64,000 nt of DNA, from the NCBI GenBank assembly GCA_964016885.1, contig CAXHJY010000096.1, positions 1,488,001 to 1,552,000 on the forward strand, written 5' to 3'. The position numbers and the translations under genes are program-made. The stretch's first letter is position 1, and each line of letters starts with the position of its first letter. Under the pieces are notes generated by a model, which made no database searches, was not told the DNA's origin, and saw nothing but the letters and a program-made list of their open reading frames with translations. The stretch comes from Eledone cirrhosa. Lineage: Eukaryota. Of the stretch, positions 40,103-55,100 are shown piece after piece.

Positions 40103-43100
40103 TCAAGGGGAGATAATTTCCAGCCGTCCAAGGGAAGATAATTTCCAGCCCTCCAAGGGGCTATAATTTCCAGCGTCCAAGGGGAGATAATTTCCAGCCA
40201 GCGAAGGGGAGATAATTTTTTAAAAAAAATCATTGGGAGATTTGTAAAAAAAATCAGGGGGAGATAATTTGTAAAAAAAATCAAGGGGAGATAATTTCCA
40301 GCCGTCCAAGGGGAGGTAATATCTAGCCGTCCAAGGGTAGATAATTTCCAGCCGTCCAACGGGAGATAATTTCCAGCCGTCCAAGGGTAGATAATATCCA
40401 GCCGCCCAAGGACATATTTTCCAGCCGTCCAAGGAGAGGTAATTTCTAGCCGTCCAAGGGGAGATAATTTCCAGCCGTCCAAGGGTAGATAATATCCAGC
40501 CGTCCAAGGACATATTTTCCAGCCGTCCAAGGAGAGGTAATTTCTAGCCGTCCAAGGGGAGATAAATTCCAGCCTCCAAGGGGAGATAATTTCCAGCCAG
40601 CCAAGGGGAGATAATTTGTAAAAAAATCAGGGGGAGATAATTTGTAAAAAAAATCAGGGGGAGATAATTTGTAAAAAAAAATCAGGGGGAGATAATTTGT
40701 AAAAAAAAATCAGGGGGAGATAATTTGCAAAAAAAATCAGGGGGAGATAATTTGTAAAAAAAAATCAGGGGTAGATAATTTGTAAAAAAAAATCAGGGGG
40801 AGATAATTTGTAAAAAAAAATCAGGGGGAGATAATTTGTAAAAAAAATCAAGGGGAGATAATTTCCAGCCGTCCAAGGAGAGATAATTTTAAAAAAAATC
40901 AGGCGGAGATAATTTGTAAAAAAAAATCAGGGGGAGATAATTTGTAAAAAAAAATCAGGGGGAGATAATTTGTAAAAAAAAATCAGGGGGAGATAATTTG
41001 TAAAAAAAATCAGGAGGAGATAATTTGTAAAAAAAATCAAGGGGAGATAATTTCCAGCCGTCCAAGGAGAGATAATTTAAAAAAAAATCAGGCGGAGATA
41101 ATTTGTAAAAAAAAATCAGGGGGAGATAATTTGTAAAAAAAAATCAGGGGGAGATAATTTGTAAAAAAAATCAAGGGGAGATAATTTCCAGCCGTCCAAG
41201 GGGAGATAATTTTCAGCCGTCCAAGGGGAGATAATTTCCCGCCAGCCATGGGAAGATAATATTTAAAAAAATCAGGCGGAGATAATTTGTAAAAAAAATC
41301 AGGGGGAGATAATTTGTAAAAAAATCAGGGGGAGATAATTTGTAAAAAAAAAATCAGGGGGAGATAATTTGTAAAAAAAATCAGGGGAAGATAATTTGTA
41401 AAAAAAAATCAGGGGTAGATAATTTGTAAAAAAAAATCAGGGGGAGATAATTTGTAAAAAAAAATCAGGGGGAGATAATTTGTAAAAAAATGAAAGGGGA
41501 GATAATATCCAGCCGTCCAAGGGGAGATAATTTCCAGCCGTCCAAGGGGATATAATTTCCAGCCGTCCAAGGGGAGATAATTTCCATCCTTCCAAGGGGA
41601 TATAATTTCCAGCCGTCCAAGGGGAGATAATTTCCCGCCAGCCAAGGGAAGATAATTTTTAAAAAAATCAGGCGGAGATTGTAAAAAAAATCAGGGGGGA
41701 GATAATTTGTAAAAAAATCAGGAGGAGATAATTTGTAAAAAATAATCAGGGGGAGATAATTTGTAAAAAAATTCAAGGGGAGATAATTTCCAGCCGTCCA
41801 AGGGGAGATAATTTCCCGCCAGCCAAGGGAAGATAATATTTAAAAAAATTAGGCGGAGATAATTTGTAAAAAAAATCAGGGGGAGATAATTTGTAAAAAA
41901 ATCAGGGGGAGATAATTTGTAAAAAAAATCAGGGGGAGATAATTTGTAAAAAAAATCATGGGGAGATAATTTGTAAAAAAAAATCAGGGGTAGATAATTT
42001 GTAAAAAAAAATCAGGGGGAGATAATTTGTAAAAAAAAATCAGGGGGAGATAATTTGTAAAAAAAATCAAGGGGAGATAATATCCAGCCGTCCAAGGAGA
42101 GATAATTTAAAAAAAAAATGAGGCGGAGATAATTTGTAAAAAAAAAATCAGGGGGAGTTAATTTGTAAAAAAAAATGAGGGGGAGATAATTTGTAAAAGA
42201 AATCAAGGGGAGATAATTTCCAGCCGTCCAAGGGGAGATAATTTTCAGCCGTCCAAGGAGAGGTAATTTCTAGCCGTCCAAGGGGAGATAATTTCCAGCC
42301 GTCCAAGGGGAGGTAATTTCCAGCCGTCCAAGGGGAGATAAATTAAAAAAAAAATCAGGGGGAGATAATTTGTAAAAAAATCAGGGGGAGATAATTTGTA
42401 AAAAAAATCAGGGGGAGATAATTTGTAAACAAAATCAGGGGGAGATAATTTGTAAAAAAAAATCAGGGGGAGATAATTTGTAAAAAAAATTAGGCGTAGA
42501 TAATTTGTAAAAAAAAATCAGGGGGAGATAATTTGTAAAAAAAAATCAGGGGGAGATAATTTGTTTAAAAAATCAAGGGGAGATAATTTGCAGCCGTCCA
42601 AGGGGAGATAATTTTCAGCCGTCCAAGGAGAGGTAATTTCTAGCCGTTCAAGGGGAGATAATTTCCAGCCGTCCAAGGGGAGATAATTTCCAGCCGTCCA
42701 AGGGGAGATAATTTTTTTTTAAAAATCAGGCGGAGATAATTTGTAAAAAAAAATCAGGGGGAGATAATTCGTAAAAAAAAATCAGGGGGAGATAATTTGT
42801 AAAAAAAAATCAGGGGGAGATAATTTGTAAAAAAAATCAAGGGGAGATAATTTCCAGCCGTCCAAGGGAAGATAATTTCCAGCCCTCCAAGGGGCTATAA
42901 TTTCCAGCGTCCAAGGGGAGATAATTTCCAGCCAGCGAAGGGGAGATAATTTTTTAAAAAAAATCATTGGGAGATTTGTAAAAAAAATCAGGGGGAGATA
43001 ATTTGTAAAAAAAATCAAGGGGAGATAATTTCCAGCCGTCCAAGGGGAGGTAATATCTAGCCGTCCAAGGGTAGATAATTTCCAGCCGTCCAACGGGAGA

Positions 43101-46100
43101 TAATTTCCAGCCGTCCAAGGGTAGATAATATCCAGCCGCCCAAGGACATATTTTCCAGCCGTCCAAGGAGAGGTAATTTCTAGCCGTCCAAGGGGAGATA
43201 ATTTCCAGCCGTCCAAGGGTAGATAATATCCAGCCGTCCAAGGACATATTTTCCAGCCGTCCAAGGAGAGGTAATTTCTAGCCGTCCAAGGGGAGATAAA
43301 TTCCAGCCTCCAAGGGGAGATAATTTCCAGCCAGCCAAGGGGAGATAATTTGTAAAAAAATCAGGGGGAGATAATTTGTAAAAAAAATCAGGGGGAGATA
43401 ATTTGTAAAAAAAAATCAGGGGGAGATAATTTGTAAAAAAAAATCAGGGGGAGATAATTTGCAAAAAAAATCAGGGGGAGATAATTTGTAAAAAAAAATC
43501 AGGGGTAGATAATTTGTAAAAAAAAATCAGGGGGAGATAATTTGTAAAAAAAAATCAGGGGGAGATAATTTGTAAAAAAAATGAAGGGGAGATAATTTCC
43601 AGCCGTCCAAGGAGAGATAATTTAAAAAAAAATCAGGCGGAGATAATTTGTAAAAAAAAATCAGGGGGAGATAATTTGTAAAAAAAAATCAGGGGGAGAT
43701 AATTTGTAAAAAAAAATCAGGGGGAGATAATTTGTAAAAAAAATCAGGAGGAGATAATTTGTAAAAAAAATCAAGGGGAGATAATTTCCAGCCGTCCAAG
43801 GAGAGATAATTTTAAAAAAAATCAGGCGGAGATAATTTGTAAAAAAAAATCAGGGGGAGATAATTTGTAAAAAAAAATCAGGGGGAGATAATTTGTAAAA
43901 AAAATCAAGGGGAGATAATTTCCAGCCGTCCAAGGGGAGATAATTTTCAGCCGTCCAAGGGGAGATAATTTCCCGCCAGCCAAGGGAAGATAATATTCAA
44001 AAAAATCAGGCGGAGATAATTTGTAAAAAAAATCAGGGGGAGATAATTTGTAAAAAAATCAGGGGGAGATAATTTGTAAAAAAAAAAATCAGGGGGAGAT
44101 AATTTTTAAAAAAAATCAGGGGGAGATAATTTGTAAAAAAAAATCAGGGGTAGATAATTTGTAAAAAAAAATCAGGGGGAGATAATTTGTAAAAAAAAAT
44201 CAGGGGGAGATAATTTGTAAAAAAAATGAAAGGGGAGATAATATCCAGCCGTCCAAGGGGAGATAATTTCCAGCCGTCCAAGGGGAGATAATTTCCAGCC
44301 GTCCAAGGGGAGATAATTTCCATCCTTCCAAGGGGATATAATTTCCAGCCGTCCAAGGGGAGATAATTTCCATCCTTCCAAGGGGATATAATTTCCAGCC
44401 GTCCAAGGGGAGATAATTTTCAGCCGTCCAAGGAGAGGTAATTTCTAGCCGTCCAAGGAGAGATAATTTCCAGCCGTCCAAGGGGAGATAATTTCCAGCC
44501 GTCCAAGGGGAGATAATTTCCAGCCGTCCAAGGAGACATATTTTCCAGCCGTCCAAGGAGAGGTAATTCCTAGCCGTCCAAGGGGAGATAAATTCCAGCC
44601 TCCAAGGGGAGATAATTTCCAGCCAGCCAAGGGGAGATAATTTGTAAAAAAAATCAGGGGGAGATAATTTGTAAAAAAAATCAGGGGGAGATAATTTGTA
44701 AAAAAAAATCAGGGGGAGATAATTTGTAAAAAATAATCAGGGGGAGATAATTTGTAAAAAAAATCAAGGGGAGATAATTTCCAGCCGTCCAAGGGGAGAT
44801 AATTTTCAGCCGTCCAAGGGGAGATAATTTCCCGCCAGCCAAGGGAAGATAATATTTAAAAAAATTAGGCGGAGATAATTTGTAAAAAAAATCAGGGGGA
44901 GATAATTTGTAAAAAAATCAGGGGGAGATAATTTGTAAAAAAAATCAGGGGGAGATAATTTGTAAAAAAAATCAGGGGGAGATAATTTGTAAAAAAAAAT
45001 CAGGGGGAGATAATTTGTAAAAAAAATCAAGGGGAGATAATTTCCAGCCGTCCAAGGGAAGATAATTTCCAGCCCTCCAAGGGGCTATAATTTCCAGCGT
45101 CCAAGGGGAGATAATTTCCAGCCAGCGAAGGGGAGATAATTTTTTTTAAAAAATCATTGGGAGATTTGTAAAAAAAATCAGGGGGAGATAATTTGTAAAA
45201 AAAATCAAGGGGAGATAATTTCCAGCCGTCCAAGGGGAGGTAATATCTAGCCGTCCAAGGGGAGATAATTTCCAGCCGTCCAAGGGGAGATAATTTCCAG
45301 CCGTCCAAGGGTAGATAATATCCAGCCGTCCAAGGACATATTTTCCAGCCGTCCAAGGAGAGGTAATTTCTAGCCGTCCAAGGGGAGATAAATTCCAGCC
45401 TCCAAGGTGAGATAATTTCCAGCCAGCCAAGGGGAGATAATTTGTAAAAAAATCAGGGGGAGATAATTTGTAAAAAAAATCAGGGGGAGATAATTTGTAA
45501 AAAAAAATCAGGGGGAGATAATTTGTAAAAAAAATCAGGGGGAGATAATTTGTAAAAAAAAATCAGGGGGAGATAATTTGTAAAAAAAATCAAGGGGAGA
45601 TAATTTCCAGCCGTCCAAGGGGAGATAATTTCCCGCCAGCCAAGGGAAGATAATATTTAAAAAAATCAGGCGGAGATAATTTGTAAAAAAAATCAGGGGG
45701 AGATAATTTGTAAAAAAATCAGGGGGAGATAATTTGTAAAAAAAAAATCAGGGGGAGATAATTTGTAAAAAAAATCAGGGGGAGATAATTTGTAAAAAAA
45801 AATCAGGGGTAGATAAATTGTAAAAAAAAATCAGGGGGAGATAATTTGTAAAAAAAATCAGGGGGAGATAATTTGTAAAGAAAATGAAAGGGGAGATAAT
45901 ATCCAGCCGTCCAAGGGGAGATAATTTCCAGCCGTCCAAGGGGAGATAATTTCCATCCTTCCAAGGGGATATAATTTCCAGCCGTCCAAGGGGAGATAAT
46001 TTCCCGCCAGCCAAGGGAAGATAATTTTTAAAAAAATCAGGCGGAGATTGTAAAAAAAATCAGGGGGGAGATAATTTGTAAAAAAATCAGGGGGAGATAA

Positions 46101-49100
46101 TTTGTAAAAAAAAATCAGGGGGAGATAATTTGTAAAAAATAATCAGGGGGAGATAATTTGTAAAAAAAAATCAAGGGGAGATAATTTCCAGCCGTCCAAG
46201 GGGAGATAATTTCCCGCCAGCCAAGGGAAGATAATATTTAAAAAAATTAGGCGGAGATAATTTGTAAAAAAAATCAGGGGGAGATAATTTGTAAAAAAAT
46301 CAGGGGGAGATAATTTGTAAAAAAAATCAGGGGGAGATAATTTGTAAAAAAAATCATGGGGAGATAATTTGTAAAAAAAAATCAGGGGTAGATAATTTGT
46401 AAAAAAAAATCAGGGGGAGATAATTTGTAAAAAAAAATCAGGGGGAGATAATTTGTAAAAAAAATCAAGGGGAGATAATTTCCAGCCGTCCAAGGGGAGA
46501 TAATTTTCAGCTGTCCAAGGAGAGGTAATTTCTAGCCGTCCAAGGGGAGATAATTTCCAGCCGTCCAAGGGGAGGTAATTTCCAGCCGTCCAAGGGGAGA
46601 TAATTTAAAAAAAAAAATCAGGCGGAGATAATTTGTAAAAAAAATCAAGGGGAGATAATTTGCAGCCGTCCAAGGGGAGATAATTTTCAGTCGTCCAAGG
46701 AGAGGTAATTTCTAGCCGTCCAAGGGGAGATAATTGCCAGCCGTCCAAGGGGAGATAATTTCCAGCCGTCCAAGGGGAGATAATTTTTTTTAAAAAATCA
46801 GGCGGAGATAATTTGTAAAAAAAATCAGGGGGAGATAATTTGTAAACAAAATCAGGGGGAGATAATTTGTAAAAAAAAATCAGGGGGAGATAATTTGTAA
46901 AAAAAATCATGGAGAGATAATTTCCAGCCGTCCAAGGTGAGATAATTTCCAGCCGTCCAAGGAGACATATTTTCCAGCCGTCCAAGGCGAGGTAATTTCT
47001 AGCCGTCCAAGGGGAGATAAATTCCAGCCTCCAAGGGGAGATAATTTCCAGCCAGCCAAGTGGAGATAATTTGTAAAAAAATCAGGGGGAGATAATTTGT
47101 AAAAAATATCAGGGAGATAATTTGTAAAAAAAAATCAGGGGGAGATAATTTGTAAAAAAAATCAGGGGGAGATAATTTGTAAAAAAAAATCAGGGGGAGA
47201 TAATTTGTAAAAAAAATCAAGGGGAGATAATTTCCAGCCGTCCAAGGGGAGATAATTTTCAGCCGTCCAAGGGGAGATAATTTCCCGCCAGCCATGGGAA
47301 GATAATATTTAAAAAAATCAGGCGGAGATAATTTGTAAAAAAAATCAGGGGGAGATAATTTGTAAAAAAATCAGGGGGAGATAATTTGTAAAAAAAAAAT
47401 CAGGGGGAGATAATTTGTAAAAAAAATCAGGGGAAGATAATTTGTAAAAAAAAATCAGGGGTAGATAATTTGTAAAAAAAAATCAGGGGGAGATAATTTG
47501 TAAAAAAAAATCAGGGGGAGATAATTTGTAAAAAAATGAAAGGGGAGATAATATCCAGCCGTCCAAGGGGAGATAATTTCCAGCCGTCCAAGGGGATATA
47601 ATTTCCAGCCGTCCAAGGGGAGATAATTTCCATCCTTCCAAGGGGATATAATTTCCAGCCGTCCAAGGGGAGATAATTTCCCGCCAGCCAAGGGAAGATA
47701 ATTTTTAAAAAAATCAGGCGGAGATTGTAAAAAAAATCAGGGGGGAGATAATTTGTAAAAAAATCAGGAGGAGATAATTTGTAAAAAATAATCAGGGGGA
47801 GATAATTTGTAAAAAAATTCGAGGGGAGATAATTTCCAGCCGTCCAAGGGGAGATAATTTCCCGCCAGCCAAGGGAAGATAATATTTAAAAAAATTAGGC
47901 GGAGATAATTTGTAAAAAAAATCAGGGGGAGATAATTTGTAAAAAAATCAGGGGGAGATAATTTGTAAAAAAAATCAGGGGGAGATAATTTGTAAAAAAA
48001 ATCATGGGGAGATAATTTGTAAAAAAAAATCAGGGGTAGATAATTTGTAAAAAAAAATCAGGGGGAGATAATTTGTAAAAAAAAATCAGGGGGAGATAAT
48101 TTGTAAAAAAAATCAAGGGGAGATAATATCCAGCCGTCCAAGGAGAGATAATTTTAAAAAAAAATGAGGCGGAGATAATTTGTAAAAAAAAAATCAGGGG
48201 GAGTTAATTTGTAAAAAAAAATGAGGGGGAGATAATTTGTAAAAGAAATCAAGGGGAGATAATTTCCAGCCGTCCAAGGGGAGATAATTTTCAGCCGTCC
48301 AAGGAGAGGTAATTTCTAGCCGTCCAAGGGGAGATAATTTCCAGCCGTCCAAGGGGAGGTAATTTCCAGCCGTCCAAGGGGAGATAAATTAAAAAAAAAA
48401 TCAGGCGGAGATAATTTGTAAAAAAAATCAAGGGGAGATAATTTGCAGCCGTCCAATGGGAGATAATTTTCAGTCGTCCAAGGAGAGGTAATTTCTAGCC
48501 GTCAAAGGGGAGATAATTTCCAGCCGTCCAAGGGGAGATAATTTCCAGCCGTCCAAGGGGAGATAATTTTTTTTTAAAAATCAGGCGGAGATAATTTGTA
48601 AAAAAAATCAGGGGGAGATAATTTGTAAACAAAATCAGGGGGAGATAATTTGTAAAAAAAAATCAGGGGGAGATAATTTGTAAAAAAAATTAGGCGTAGA
48701 TAATTTGTAAAAAAAAATCAGGGGGAGATAATTTGTAAAAAAAAATCAGGGGGAGATAATTTGTTTAAAAAATCAAGGGGAGATAATTTGCAGCCGTCCA
48801 AGGGGAGATAATTTTCAGCCGTCCAAGGAGAGGTAATTTCTAGCCGTTCAAGGGGAGATAATTTCCAGCCGTCCAAGGGGAGATAATTTCCAGCCGTCCA
48901 AGGGGAGATAATTTTTTTTTAAAAATCAGGCGGAGATAATTTGTAACAAAAAATCAGGGGGAGATAATTCGTAAAAAAAAATCAGGGGGAGATAATTTGT
49001 AAAAAAAAATCAGGGGGAGATAATTTGTAAAAAAAATCAAGGGGAGATAATTTCCAGCCGTCCAAGGGAAGATAATTTCCAGCCCTCCAAGGGGCTATAA

Positions 49101-52100
49101 TTTCCAGCGTCCAAGGGGAGATAATTTCCAGCCAGCGAAGGGGAGATAATTTTTTAAAAAAAATCATTGGGAGATTTGTAAAAAAAATCAGGGGGAGATA
49201 ATTTGTAAAAAAAATCAAGGGGAGATAATTTCCAGCCGTCCAAGGGGAGGTAATATCTAGCCGTCCAAGGGTAGATAATTTCCAGCCGTCCAACGGGAGA
49301 TAATTTCCAGCCGTCCAAGGGTAGATAATATCCAGCCGCCCAAGGACATATTTTCCAGCCGTCCAAGGAGAGGTAATTTCTAGCCGTCCAAGGGGAGATA
49401 ATTTCCAGCCGTCCAAGGGTAGATAATATCCAGCCGTCCAAGGACATATTTTCCAGCCGTCCAAGGAGAGGTAATTTCTAGCCGTCCAAGGGGAGATAAA
49501 TTCCAGCCTCCAAGGGGAGATAATTTCCAGCCAGCCAAGGGGAGATAATTTGTAAAAAAATCAGGGGGAGATAATTTGTAAAAAAAATCAGGGGGAGATA
49601 ATTTGTAAAAAAAAATCAGGGGGAGATAATTTGTAAAAAAAAATCAGGGGGAGATAATTTGCAAAAAAAATCAGGGGGAGATAATTTGTAAAAAAAAATC
49701 AGGGGTAGATAATTTGTAAAAAAAAATCAGGGGGAGATAATTTGTAAAAAAAAATCAGGGGGAGATAATTTGTAAAAAAAATCAAGGGGAGATAATTTCC
49801 AGCCGTCCAAGGAGAGATAATTTAAAAAAAAATCAGGCGGAGATAATTTGTAAAAAAAAATCAGGGGGAGATAATTTGTAAAAAAAAATCAGGGGGAGAT
49901 AATTTGTAAAAAAAAATCAGGGGGAGATAATTTGTAAAAAAAATCAGGAGGAGATAATTTGTAAAAAAAATCAAGGGGAGATAATTTCCAGCCGTCCAAG
50001 GAGAGATAATTTTAAAAAAAATCAGGCGGAGATAATTTGTAAAAAAAAATCAGGGGGAGATAATTTGTAAAAAAAAATCAGGGGGAGATAATTTGTAAAA
50101 AAAATCAAGGGGAGATAATTTCCAGCCGTCCAAGGGGAGATAATTTTCAGCCGTCCAAGGGGAGATAATTTCCCGCCAGCCAAGGGAAGATAATATTCAA
50201 AAAAATCAGGCGGAGATAATTTGTAAAAAAAATCAGGGGGAGATAATTTGTAAAAAAATCAGGGGGAGATAATTTGTAAAAAAAAAAATCAGGGGGAGAT
50301 AATTTTTAAAAAAAATCAGGGGGAGATAATTTGTAAAAAAAAATCAGGGGTAGATAATTTGTAAAAAAAAATCAGGGGGAGATAATTTGTAAAAAAAAAT
50401 CAGGGGGAGATAATTTGTAAAAAAAATGAAAGGGGAGATAATATCCAGCCGTCCAAGGGGAGATAATTTCCAGCCGTCCAAGGGGAGATAATTTCCAGCC
50501 GTCCAAGGGGAGATAATTTCCATCCTTCCAAGGGGATATAATTTCCAGCCGTCCAAGGGGAGATAATTTCCATCCTTCCAAGGGGATATAATTTCCAGCC
50601 GTCCAAGGGGAGATAATTTTCAGCCGTCCAAGGAGAGGTAATTTCTAGCCGTCCAAGGAGAGATAATTTCCAGCCGTCCAAGGGGAGATAATTTCCAGCC
50701 GTCCAAGGGGAGATAATTTCCAGCCGTCCAAGGAGACATATTTTCCAGCCGTCCAAGGAGAGGTAATTCCTAGCCGTCCAAGGGGAGATAAATTCCAGCC
50801 TCCAAGGGGAGATAATTTCCAGCCAGCCAAGGGGAGATAATTTGTAAAAAAAATCAGGGGGAGATAATTTGTAAAAAAAATCAGGGGGAGATAATTTGTA
50901 AAAAAAAATCAGGGGGAGATAATTTGTAAAAAATAATCAGGGGGAGATAATTTGTAAAAAAAATCAAGGGGAGATAATTTCCAGCCGTCCAAGGGGAGAT
51001 AATTTTCAGCCGTCCAAGGGGAGATAATTTCCCGCCAGCCAAGGGAAGATAATATTTAAAAAAATTAGGCGGAGATAATTTGTAAAAAAAATCAGGGGGA
51101 GATAATTTGTAAAAAAATCAGGGGGAGATAATTTGTAAAAAAAATCAGGGGGAGATAATTTGTAAAAAAAATCAGGGGGAGATAATTTGTAAAAAAAAAT
51201 CAGGGGGAGATAATTTGTAAAAAAAATCAAGGGGAGATAATTTCCAGCCGTCCAAGGGAAGATAATTTCCAGCCCTCCAAGGGGCTATAATTTCCAGCGT
51301 CCAAGGGGAGATAATTTCCAGCCAGCGAAGGGGAGATAATTTTTTTTAAAAAATCATTGGGAGATTTGTAAAAAAAATCAGGGGGAGATAATTTGTAAAA
51401 AAAATCAAGGGGAGATAATTTCCAGCCGTCCAAGGGGAGGTAATATCTAGCCGTCCAAGGGGAGATAATTTCCAGCCGTCCAAGGGGAGATAATTTCCAG
51501 CCGTCCAAGGGTAGATAATATCCAGCCGTCCAAGGACATATTTTCCAGCCGTCCAAGGAGAGGTAATTTCTAGCCGTCCAAGGGGAGATAAATTCCAGCC
51601 TCCAAGGTGAGATAATTTCCAGCCAGCCAAGGGGAGATAATTTGTAAAAAAATCAGGGGGAGATAATTTGTAAAAAAAATCAGGGGGAGATAATTTGTAA
51701 AAAAAAATCAGGGGGAGATAATTTGTAAAAAAAATCAGGGGGAGATAATTTGTAAAAAAAAATCAGGGGGAGATAATTTGTAAAAAAAATCAAGGGGAGA
51801 TAATTTCCAGCCGTCCAAGGGGAGATAATTTCCCGCCAGCCAAGGGAAGATAATATTTAAAAAAATCAGGCGGAGATAATTTGTAAAAAAAATCAGGGGG
51901 AGATAATTTGTAAAAAAATCAGGGGGAGATAATTTGTAAAAAAAAAATCAGGGGGAGATAATTTGTAAAAAAAATCAGGGGGAGATAATTTGTAAAAAAA
52001 AATCAGGGGTAGATAAATTGTAAAAAAAAATCAGGGGGAGATAATTTGTAAAAAAAATCAGGGGGAGATAATTTGTAAAAAAAATGAAAGGGGAGATAAT

Positions 52101-55100
52101 ATCCAGCCGTCCAAGGGGAGATAATTTCCAGCCGTCCAAGGGGAGATAATTTCCAGCCGTCCAAGGGGAGATAATTTCCATCCTTCCAAGGGGATATAAT
52201 TTCCAGCCGTCCAAGGGGAGATAATTTCCCGCCAGCCAAGGGAAGATAATTTTTAAAAAAATCAGGCGGAGATTGTAAAAAAAATCAGGGGGGAGATAAT
52301 TTGTAAAAAAATCAGGGGGAGATAATTTGTAAAAAATAATCAGGGGGAGATAATTTGTAAAAAAAAATCAAGGGGAGATAATTTCCAGCCGTCCAAGGGG
52401 AGATAATTTCCCGCCAGCCAAGGGAAGATAATATTTAAAAAAATTAGGCGGAGATAATTTGTAAAAAAAATCAGGGGGAGATAATTTGTAAAAAAATCAG
52501 GGGGAGATAATTTGTAAAAAAAATCAGGGGAAGATAATTTGTAAAAAAAATCATGGGGAGATAATTTGTAAAAAAAAATCAGGGGTAGATAATTTGTAAA
52601 AAAAAATCAGGGGGAGATAATTTGTAAAAAAAAATCAGGGGGAGATAATTTGTAAAAAAAATCAAGGGGAGATAATTTCCAGCCGTCCAAGGGGAGATAA
52701 TTTTCAGCTGTCCAAGGAGAGGTAATTTCTAGCCGTCCAAGGGGAGATAATTTCCAGCCGTCCAAGGGGAGGTAATTTCCAGCCGTCCAAGGGGAGATAA
52801 TTTAAAAAAAAAAATCAGGCGGAGATAATTTGTAAAAAAAATCAAGGGGAGATAATTTGCAGCCGTCCAAGGGGAGATAATTTTCAGTCGTCCAAGGAGA
52901 GGTAATTTCTAGCCGTCCAAGGGGAGATAATTGCCAGCCGTCCAAGGGGAGATAATTTCCAGCCGTCCAAGGGGAGATAATTTTTTTTAAAAAATCAGGC
53001 GGAGATAATTTGTAAAAAAAATCAGGGGGAGATAATTTGTAAAAAAAATCAGGGGGAGATAATTTGTAAAAAAAAATCAGGGGTAGATAATTTGTAAAAA
53101 AAAATCAGGGGGAGATAATTTGTAAAAAAAATCAAGGGGAGATAATTTCCAGCCGTCCAAGGGAAGATAATTTCCAGCCCTCCAAGGGGCTATAATTTCC
53201 AGCGTCCAAGGGGAGATAATTTCCAGCCAGCGAAGGGGAGATAATTTTTTAAAAAAAATCATTGGGAGATTTGTAAAAAAAATCAGGGGGAGATAATTTG
53301 TAAAAAAAATCAAGGGGAGATAATTTCCAGCCGTCCAAGGGGAGGTAATATCTAGCCGTCCAAGGGTAGATAATTTCCAGCCGTCCAACGGGAGATAATT
53401 TCCAGCCGTCCAAGGGTAGATAATATCCAGCCGCCCAAGGACATATTTTCCAGCCGTCCAAGGAGAGGTAATTTCTAGCCGTCCAAGGGGAGATAATTTC
53501 CAGCCGTCTAAGGTTAGATAATATCCAGCCGTCCAAGGACATATTTTCCAGCCGTCCAAGGAGAGGTAATTTCTAGCCGTCCAAGGGGAGATAAATTCCA
53601 GCCTCCAAGGGGAGATAATTTCCAGCCAGCCAAGGGGAGATAATTTGTAAAAAAATCAGGGGGAGATAATTTGTAAAAAAAATCAGGGGGAGATAATTTG
53701 TAAAAAAAAATCAGGGGGAGATAATTTGTAAAAAAAAATCAGGGGGAGATAATTTGCAAAAAAAATCAGGGGGAGATAATTTGTAAAAAAAAATCAGGGG
53801 TAGATAATTTGTAAAAAAAAATCAGGGGAGATAATTTGTAAAAAAAATCAAGGGGAGATAATTTCCAGCCGTCCAAGGAGAGATAATTTTAAAAAAAATC
53901 AGGCGGAGATAATTTGTAAAAAAAAATCAGGGGGAGATAATTTGTAAAAAAAAATCAGGGGGAGATAATTTGTAAAAAAAAATCAGGGGGAGATAATTTG
54001 TAAAAAAAATCAGGAGGAGATAATTTGTAAAAAAAATCAAGGGGAGATAATTTCCAGCCGTCCAAGGAGAGATAATTTAAAAAAAAATCAGGCGGAGATA
54101 ATTTGTAAAAAAAAATCAGGGGGAGATAATTTGTAAAAAAAAATCAGGGGGAGATAATTTGTAAAAAAAATCAAGGGGAGATAATTTCCAGCCGTCCAAG
54201 GGGAGATAATTTTCAGCCGTCCAAGGGGAGATAATTTCCCGCCAGCCAAGGGAAGATAATATTCAAAAAAATCAGACGGAGATAATTTGTAAAAAAAATC
54301 AGGGGGAGATAATTTGTAAAAAAATCAGGGGGAGATAATTTGTAAAAAAAAAAATCAGGGGGAGATAATTTTTAAAAAAAATCAGGGGGAGATAATTTGT
54401 AAAAAAAAATCAGGGGTAGATAATTTGTAAAAAAAAATCAGGGGGAGATAATTTGTAAAAAAAAATCAGGGGGAGATAACTTGTAAAAAAAATGAAAGGG
54501 GAGATAATATCCAGCCGTCCAAGGGGAGATAATTTCCAGCCGTCCAAGGGGAGATAATTTCCAGCCGTCCAAGGGGAGATAATTTCCATCCTTCCAAGGG
54601 GATATAATTTCCAGCCGTCCAAGGGGAGATAATTTCCATCCTTCCAAGGGGATATAATTTCCAGCCGTCCAAGGGGAGATAATTTCCCGCCAGCCAAGGG
54701 AAGATAATATTCAAAAAAATCAGGCGGAGATAATTTGTAAAAAAAATCAGGGGGAGATAATTTGTAAAAAAATCAGGGGGAGATAATTTGTAAAAAAAAA
54801 AATCAGGGGGAGATAATTTTTAAAAAAAATCAGGGGGAGATAATTTGTAAAAAAAAATCAGGGGTAGATAATTTGTAAAAAAAAATCAGGGGGAGATAAT
54901 TTGTAAAAAAAAATCAGGGGGAGATAATTTGTAAAAAAAATGAAAGGGGAGATAATATCCAGCCGTCCAAGGGGAGATAATTTCCAGCCGTCCAAGGGGA
55001 GATAATTTCCAGCCGTCCAAGGGGAGATAATTTCCATCCTTCCAAGGGGATATAATTTCCAGCCGTCCAAGGGGAGATAATTTCCATCCTTCCAAGGGGA